A stretch of 64,000 nucleotides of DNA from Candidatus Latescibacterota bacterium. GTDB lineage: Bacteria > Latescibacterota > UBA2968 > GCA-2709665. The stretch spans positions 4,000,001 through 4,064,000 of the forward strand of contig OZ250150.1 of the NCBI GenBank assembly GCA_965237675.1. The letters are read 5' to 3'. Both the position numbers and the translations under genes were made by a program. Each line of letters starts with the position of its first letter. Position 1 is the first letter of the stretch. The notes beneath the pieces are model-generated. The model saw nothing but the letters and a program-made list of their open reading frames with translations. It made no database searches and was not told the origin of the DNA. Of the stretch, positions 57,857-64,000 are shown piece after piece.

Positions 57857-59638
57857 TTAGATCTCTTCCAACTCCCGGGTCAACTGCTGGCGACGGTGCA
57901 TGTCGGCATAGATACCGCCGCGGTCGATCAGTTCGTCGTGCGTACCTCGTTCCGCAATCACGCCTTCATCCAGCACGACGATCTGATCCGCTTCCTGCAC
58001 GGTTGAGATGCGGTGCGCAATCAGAATCGTCGTTCTGGAGCCCATTACCTCTCGCAGGCGGTTCAATATCCCCTCTTCGGTCTGTGTATCGACGCTGGCA
58101 AGCGCATCATCCAGGATCAGAATCTCCGGCCGACGGATCACAGCGCGGGCCAACGCAGTACGCTGCTTCTGGCCACCCGACAATGTGACGCCACGCTCTC
58201 CGATCACCGTCTCGATCCCCTGCGGGAAATTCGAAAGATCGCTCGAAAGACCGGCAACGCGGCTCGCCCACTCTACGTCCGCCTCCGACGCCTGATCACT
58301 CCCAAGGCAGATATTCTCCCGAAGCGAGTCCGAAAACAGAAACGTGTCCTGCGGCACAAAACCGATGGACGCCCGAAGCGTAGCCAGCGGGATTTCATCC
58401 ACGGGAACGCCGTCGATCAGTACGGTGCCCTTTGTGGCCTGGATCAAGCGAGGGATCAGCCGCGCCAACGTGGTCTTTCCCGATCCCACGCGTCCAACCA
58501 CCGCCAACGTGCTTCCCCTGGGGATATGCAGATCGATGTCTCTCAATGCCGGTACGCCGTTGAACGAAAACGTCAGATTCCGGAACTCAATCTCGCCGCC
58601 GAGCGCCCCGATCGTCCTCACTTGCGCCGAATCCTGAATCTCGGGTGTTATCGCGAGAATTTCTTCAATCCGCTTCATGGACGCCAGGCCCCGTTGGTAG
58701 CGGTCGAACATCCATCCCAATGTAATCATCGGAAAGATCAGCCTGGTCAGGTACGCGTTGAATGCCACAAAATCCCCCAGGGTCAGCCGACCCTCAATCA
58801 CGTGCGCGCCCCCAACCCAGAGAATGACTGCCAACGATACCCCACTGATCAGAAAGGTCAGCGGAAATAGAAAGCTCTGAATACGAATCAGCCTTCGGTT
58901 CTTGACCAGGTAGTCCCGGCTCAACTCGTCGAACGCATCCGTCTCCGCCCTCCCCTGTGCGAATGCCTTTACCACTCGGATGCCCGACAGGTTCTCCTGA
59001 ACCCGGGCGCTGATTCGCGAAAACTGTTCCTGTACGGATCGAAACCCGTGGTGGACCCTGCCGGCCAGACGGTACATAACCAGAGCCATCACGGGCATTG
59101 GAACCACCGCGAAAATTGCCAGTTTCCAGTCGATCCAGCACATCACCACCATGCTGAGGGAAAGGGCCATCACCGCGCCGAACAACATGCGAACGCCGAA
59201 CCCGAGGAACATTTGGACGGCGTTCAGGTCGTTGGTGGCCCGGGAAATCAAATCCCCGGTTGGCGCCTGTTGGAAGTAGCTCTGGGACAGTCTCAACAAT
59301 GCCTTGAAGTAATTCCTGCGAATATCGTATTCGACCAGGCGCGAAACGCTGTTGAGGCACCAGCGCATGACCATTTCGAGCCCCATCTGCGCCAGCGCAA
59401 GCCCGAGGATCGACAATACCCAAAAAACAACCTGCGCACCAACATCACCCCCCGATGTCTCGATCCGGCCCTGTGCGCCGTCCATCCGTTCCTTTACGAG
59501 GTCAACCGCCTCTCTTAATGCAAGCGGAATCGCGCTCGACGCCAACTGTCCGATCGATAACAGAAACAACCCCAGAAGAATGCGCTTCTTATAGGGTTTC
59601 AGATAGGTCCGGAACGGCTTGAATGGATTCAGCGTCAT
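57857..59638 (-). CDS. ABC exporter TMD-NBD half (MdlA/YheI-like, degenerate site)
   Basis: GRVGSGKTT, LSGGQKQR, LDDALASVD (non-catalytic D), AHR motifs. Confidence 0.93.
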   Translation of the reverse strand: MTLNPFKPFRTYLKPYKKRILLGLFLLSIGQLASSAIPLALREAVDLVKERMDGAQGRIETSGGDVGAQVVFWVLSILGLALAQMGLEMVMRWCLNSVSRLVEYDIRRNYFKALLRLSQSYFQQAPTGDLISRATNDLNAVQMFLGFGVRMLFGAVMALSLSMVVMCWIDWKLAIFAVVPMPVMALVMYRLAGRVHHGFRSVQEQFSRISARVQENLSGIRVVKAFAQGRAETDAFDELSRDYLVKNRRLIRIQSFLFPLTFLISGVSLAVILWVGGAHVIEGRLTLGDFVAFNAYLTRLIFPMITLGWMFDRYQRGLASMKRIEEILAITPEIQDSAQVRTIGALGGEIEFRNLTFSFNGVPALRDIDLHIPRGSTLAVVGRVGSGKTTLARLIPRLIQATKGTVLIDGVPVDEIPLATLRASIGFVPQDTFLFSDSLRENICLGSDQASEADVEWASRVAGLSSDLSNFPQGIETVIGERGVTLSGGQKQRTALARAVIRRPEILILDDALASVDTQTEEGILNRLREVMGSRTTILIAHRISTVQEADQIVVLDEGVIAERGTHDELIDRGGIYADMHRRQQLTRELEEI

Positions 59639-59746
59639 CGTTTTTTCCGTATGGTCTTTGCCTCGGTCTGCCGATGTTGCAACGGTCAGCCATGAATCCG
59701 TGTGTTCGTGGTACCGGCAGCCTGGAGCCGGAGAACGGCGAGACGC

Positions 59747-60064
59747 CTAGACTTCCTCGTGCCACCGGTAGACATCCAGATCCACTTTCCCCTTCACAAA
59801 CGTCACGCCCTCAGCCTCCAGGAGCTTTTCCTGGACCCAATGCGCCTTCCTGGCTCCCGTGCGAATCGACACCGTCCCCCGCGCGTTGATCACCCGATGC
59901 CACGGACATTTCGCACCTACCGGCAACGCCTTGAGCGCCTGCCCCACCTGCCTGGGGCCCACGCCCACAATCTCGGCAATCTGACCGTAGGTGGCCACGG
60001 TACCTTCGGGAATCCGACCGACCTCCCGATAGATCCTTCGAAACGTGCGCTCAAATTCCGGCAT
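59747..60064 (-). CDS. Alkyltransferase-like (ATL/MGMT family) protein
   Basis: IPEGTVATYGQIA, PRQVG, PWHRV (Trp in place of the catalytic Cys), LEAEG. Confidence 0.88.
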   Translation of the reverse strand: MPEFERTFRRIYREVGRIPEGTVATYGQIAEIVGVGPRQVGQALKALPVGAKCPWHRVINARGTVSIRTGARKAHWVQEKLLEAEGVTFVKGKVDLDVYRWHEEV

Positions 60065-60310
60065 GCCTGGGATTGCCTTTCCGAAGACGATTGATCCCGC
60101 CAGGTCCGGCCCCTTAGTTGGTGTCCTTTCTCGGAAATATGCCACCATTCTTCCCTGTCTGCGTGCGTGAGGCTGCACGCACAGGCAGGCGCCGATTCAT
60201 CCCGTCTCGTTGCGTTGCCTTCGCTCACCGATCTTCCGCAGGTCGCAGGCGCCTTGCGAGCCGGGCGACTCGTCGGCCGAATTTCGGCAATCTATTTCCC
60301 GGACAGAACA

Positions 60311-61384
60311 CTAGGGACAGCCAGCCTGCCGCTTCCTTCCATCGATTCCCTGCAACCACACCTCCAGATACCGTTCCGGGTCCGTTTGCGACGCACATTC
60401 CTTGAACACCCGGACCGCGGCCTCCAGATCCTCTCCAAGCGCCCGGTACACACGATCCAAGACATCCGCCTTTTCGTGGTACGTCCGGTAGGCCATCATC
60501 ACGGCGTTATTCAAACGCCGCTGCGGAAAACGAGAATACGCGTTGGTCCTTAAATCCAGCCGGGCAAACCGGATTTTTGCACTTTCAAATATGACCTCTC
60601 GCTCTCTTACCTTCTCGTCATAGGAACGGTCCGTGGCATAAAGTGCCTTCAGATCCTCCCCGACGGCGTGCATGAAACGATTGAACGTCCGTTCGTCGTA
60701 CCGCCTGTCCAAGATGTCCCGGACGACTTCGGCCCCCATGCCGTGGCGCATCTGGCTGAACAGCAGGGCGCCGGCTTCGCCCACGAAAGTCGCCAGGCTC
60801 TCATTGAATGACACATGGTCCGATATCCACACTGTCGAATGGGCCAGTTCGTGGATGACGAGTTCGGCCAGGTCCTCGTCTCGATAGCGGAGCATGGTGC
60901 TCAGGATCGGATCTTCAAACCAACCCAGGGTGCTGTAGGCGCCAACAGGCCGCAGGGAGGTATCGAAGTGCCGCGCCTCCAGCCGGTCCCGTTCCCTTTT
61001 TGCCCGGTCCAGGTCAAAATAACCCCGGTAGGGAAACCGTCCAACTACCGGGTACGTCCAATGCACCGGCTCGAGCCGGTCCTTCGGCGAAGCGGTCAGT
61101 TGCCAGGAGACTGGGCCTTCACCGATATCGATGTAGGTGCTGTAGTTTCCGGATCCGGCGAGACCGATCCGTTCTTCGGCGAAACTTCGAACTTGCCGGA
61201 TGAATTCAAGGCGCTCCCTGACGTGTGGATCCACATCCGGCCGAGCCAGCACGTGTGCGATCGGCTTCCTGTTCAGAAGCAACGTCGCCTGACCCCGGAC
61301 AAGGTGAATGTAGTAACCTAAATCCAAATCGAAACTGCAAATCAGGGGCAAGAGAACGACCAGTACCGAGTGCGGCCGGCTCAT
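60311..61384 (-). CDS. Putative zinc aminopeptidase (DUF2265-type)
   Basis: AYSTLGWFEDP, HELAH, FNESLATFV motifs. Confidence 0.85.
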   Translation of the reverse strand: MSRPHSVLVVLLPLICSFDLDLGYYIHLVRGQATLLLNRKPIAHVLARPDVDPHVRERLEFIRQVRSFAEERIGLAGSGNYSTYIDIGEGPVSWQLTASPKDRLEPVHWTYPVVGRFPYRGYFDLDRAKRERDRLEARHFDTSLRPVGAYSTLGWFEDPILSTMLRYRDEDLAELVIHELAHSTVWISDHVSFNESLATFVGEAGALLFSQMRHGMGAEVVRDILDRRYDERTFNRFMHAVGEDLKALYATDRSYDEKVREREVIFESAKIRFARLDLRTNAYSRFPQRRLNNAVMMAYRTYHEKADVLDRVYRALGEDLEAAVRVFKECASQTDPERYLEVWLQGIDGRKRQAGCP

Positions 61385-61956
61385 CGCTGAGGATCCACAT
61401 CCATGAAATAGTAACAGATGATGTGCTGCAGAACCATATGCATGTCCTCAACACGGCCCATGTGGTCCGACCCAACCACGATGCAGTGTTGTGCCAGATC
61501 TTTCAGCTTACCGCCACCGAATCCGGTAAAACCGACCGTACGGCAACCCATGCCGTTTGCAAAACGCACGGCACGGAGTACGTTATCGGAGTTCCCGCTC
61601 CCGCTGATAGCCAGTAACACGTCCCCCGGTTCCGCGAAATTCTTCATCTGCTCAACAAAAACGTCTTCGTAACACAGGTCGTTGCTCAACGCCGTCATCC
61701 ACTCCACGTTGTCGGTCAGGGGAATCACCTTGAAGCGCTTCTCACGCCCCACGGACGCCCCCTTTCCCATGTCGTTTACAAAGTGTGAGGCCGTACCGGC
61801 ACTGCCCCCGTTTCCCACCGCGAAGATCCGCTTGCCAGCGTCTCTGGCTTCTCGCATGGTCTCCACAACCGACGCGATCTGCCCGGGATCCAACGTCGCC
61901 AGCAGTCTCTTGTTTTCTTCAATATACGCCGCAGCAAAGGTTTCAACAGATTCCAT
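61381..61956 (-). CDS. SIS-domain phosphosugar isomerase (GmhA-like)
   Basis: GNGGS, TALSND, ISGSGNS, GFGGG, VEDMH motifs. Confidence 0.88.
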   Translation of the reverse strand: MESVETFAAAYIEENKRLLATLDPGQIASVVETMREARDAGKRIFAVGNGGSAGTASHFVNDMGKGASVGREKRFKVIPLTDNVEWMTALSNDLCYEDVFVEQMKNFAEPGDVLLAISGSGNSDNVLRAVRFANGMGCRTVGFTGFGGGKLKDLAQHCIVVGSDHMGRVEDMHMVLQHIICYYFMDVDPQR

Positions 61957-62034
61957 AGAATCCTCCAACGGGTTGACCCGATCCCTCATCGCCCTCGGTT
62001 CAGGTGTCTTTGCCGGGCGGTCTGTCGGGTCAAC

Positions 62035-62892
62035 TCAGCGCAATCCTGCCGCCCGCCACGCTTCATCCAACCCCCGATGGGTGACCCGTACCGCTTCGTT
62101 TGAAGGCAACTGTCCCAACCTGCGGCAGAAGGGTTCGGGCGTTACCGGTCCGCCGTACCCGATCTCATTCAGCACCTTCAGGAAACCCACCAGATCGATG
62201 ACACCGGTCTCGGACGGGAGTGCGCGGACCTGATCCAGCTGATCCTCGACGGCCACTCCGGCGGGCGCGTCGTTCACGTGGACGTGAATGACGTCTTTCG
62301 GACCGAGCCCCTTGAGATCGGCAGGTGTCCCCAGCGAAGTATACCAATGCCAACAGTCCAGCAACAATCCGGCATTGCCGGTGCCCAGCGCCTCGCAGAA
62401 TCCCAGCATCCCCCCAATCGTATAGATAAACCCGTACTTCCTTTCGAGCCGTAAAGTTCGCGGTCCGATGAACTCCAGCCCAAGGCTGCACCCGTGGTCC
62501 TTCAACACGTCAGATATCGGCCTGATGCGGCTCAGACACCAGCGATATTGTTCGCGAAACCTCCGCTCATCGGAAGCCGGTGTAATCCACTGTGAAACCC
62601 GGTACGCACCCACCGATGCGCCGATGGCGGCGTACTTCGGCAATGCCCGCAGATCACGCTCGAAATCCTCCTGAGGACCGTTCCAGGCCACCGGCAACCC
62701 CCACGCACCGATCTTCAGGCCAGCCTCGGAAAACAACCCTTTGACGTAGTCAGCACCGCCCTCATCCGTAAGACGCGCCACATCGCGGATGTTGATGTCC
62801 AGACCTTGAAATCCCCCGGTTTTTGCGTACACCAGTCCTTCCGTGAGCGTCGCTTTGACTCCGATGGCGCCCGGCGCCAGGCACTTAAACAC
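62035..62892 (-). CDS. Sugar phosphate isomerase/epimerase (xylose-isomerase-like TIM barrel)
   Basis: GLEFIGP, LLDCWHW, HVHVND, VTPEPF motifs; probable GTG start at 62892. Confidence 0.82.
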   Translation of the reverse strand: MFKCLAPGAIGVKATLTEGLVYAKTGGFQGLDINIRDVARLTDEGGADYVKGLFSEAGLKIGAWGLPVAWNGPQEDFERDLRALPKYAAIGASVGAYRVSQWITPASDERRFREQYRWCLSRIRPISDVLKDHGCSLGLEFIGPRTLRLERKYGFIYTIGGMLGFCEALGTGNAGLLLDCWHWYTSLGTPADLKGLGPKDVIHVHVNDAPAGVAVEDQLDQVRALPSETGVIDLVGFLKVLNEIGYGGPVTPEPFCRRLGQLPSNEAVRVTHRGLDEAWRAAGLR

Positions 62893-63084
62893 GTGATCCT
62901 CCGTTGTCCGTCGGGTCCTGACGGTTTTATGAGGCTCGGTCACCTCTCACGTTCGTCAGCCGGACGGGCGACCACGGGAATCTGGCCGTCGCCTCCGACC
63001 ATAGCCCCGTACGGCAGACCGAATGCCGGATCCGGCACGAAACGGTTCGGGCCGAAAAATCGTACGATATTCCGATTACGACCA

Positions 63085-64000
63085 TCAATTCAACGCCACC
63101 TTATGCGCTTCCAACACGTCCGGGTTCAATTCCACCCCCAGGCCAGGCCGTCGGCCAGGGCGGATGCGGCCGTTAACGATCTCTTCCGGAGGGATCGTCA
63201 ACTCCTTTCGCCAGGGAATCTCGCCCCAACCGAATTCCAGGATCAGAAAACCGGGATGCGAGGCCATTGCATGCATCCCGGCGCTTACGGCAACGGGTCC
63301 GAACGGACCGTGCGGCGCCGTCGGTACGCCGAACGTCTCTGCCATCTCCGCGATCCCTTTCAGTTCCGCGATGCCCCCCACAACCGTCACGTCCGGCATG
63401 ACCACATCCATCGCTGCGTTTTCGAGAACCTCCCGGAATCCACCGCGCAACATTCGCTGTTCGCCACCGGCCGTACGTATTCCGCAACGCCGCTTCACCT
63501 CAACGACGGCATCCATTTTGGTTTCGGGAACGGGCTGTTCGAACCAGAAGAGGTCCAGATCACACAGTGCGTCGGCGGTCTCCAGGGCGCCCCTTACCGT
63601 GAAGTGGCTATGGCAGTCGACCAACAGATCCACATCGGGTCCGACCGCCCGGCGTACCGCCTGTACCCGAGCGACGCCCAACCCGGATTCCGCCACAGAA
63701 TCAATGTTGTGCGGCATCTCGTCAAACGGCGCCAGCTTGACGGCATCGAAGCCCTCGGCGACTGCCTCAGCCGCAAGCGCTGCGAATTTCTCGGGTCTGC
63801 GATCGGTCGATGCCCTGTTGATGTTGGCATACAGACGGACTTCCTCGCGGACCGGGCCCCCCAGCAACGTGTAAACCGGTACGTCGAGCGCCTTTCCCAG
63901 TAGATCCCACAACGCCTGCTCCAGTGCGCTGACCGCGCTGATCATATCCCTGTTATTTGCAATCCGGTTAAACCTGTTTGAAAAATCCCGAATCCGCCGG
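63085..64000 (-). CDS. Mandelate racemase/muconate lactonizing family dehydratase (5'-truncated by window)
   Basis: ALEQALWDLLGK, VDCH, WFEQP, GGE, MPDV, APH, PGLGVE motifs; frame open to the window end. Confidence 0.88.
   Translation of the reverse strand, partial: RRIRDFSNRFNRIANNRDMISAVSALEQALWDLLGKALDVPVYTLLGGPVREEVRLYANINRASTDRRPEKFAALAAEAVAEGFDAVKLAPFDEMPHNIDSVAESGLGVARVQAVRRAVGPDVDLLVDCHSHFTVRGALETADALCDLDLFWFEQPVPETKMDAVVEVKRRCGIRTAGGEQRMLRGGFREVLENAAMDVVMPDVTVVGGIAELKGIAEMAETFGVPTAPHGPFGPVAVSAGMHAMASHPGFLILEFGWGEIPWRKELTIPPEEIVNGRIRPGRRPGLGVELNPDVLEAHKVALN

Noticed and set aside
59747-60064. Inactivated O6-methylguanine methyltransferase
   Set aside because: PWHRV is the normal signature of ATL proteins, not a pseudogene lesion.
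1-64000. CRISPR array, cas genes, integrase, transposase, rRNA
   Set aside because: No regularly spaced repeats or recognisable motifs were found by eye; only non-autonomous elements are present.

Overview
This is a GC-rich bacterial window in which nearly all genes lie on the minus strand. The sigma-70 motif FISYAVWWIRQ and the gene content weakly suggest an FCB-superphylum lineage; this is inference only. Housekeeping genes include miaA, mutL, hpt (frameshifted), a family-5 UDG, folE, ychF, lexA, mlaEFD, HU, a sigma-70 factor, an mdlAB-like ABC pair, PBP1A and class I aldolase. There are four tRNAs: Gly-CCC, Pro-CGG, Pro-GGG and Arg-CCG. Larger clusters are a DUF3500-rtcB-COG0523-archease-mobA-PCD run and a xanthine-dehydrogenase-family operon with two large subunits and a Leu-capped sulfur carrier. 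An accessory region lies downstream of tRNA-Gly (about 1-5500), with its first 2.4 kb visibly AT-richer. Non-coding signals of most interest: (i) a nested MITE at 57583-57856 whose inner element carries a promoter overlapped by two NrdR-type boxes at 31-bp spacing; (ii) an unidentified structured RNA candidate of about 210 nt at 14560-14768; (iii) two 160-bp IS5-like MITE copies; (iv) two genes each bracketed by a degenerate duplicate of a neighbouring gene's 3' end; (v) a candidate new LexA operator. A secreted FG-GAP-type protein fused to a tetraheme cytochrome c domain follows mlaD. No CRISPR array, integrase or transposase was seen. All family assignments come from motif recognition, with no database search.
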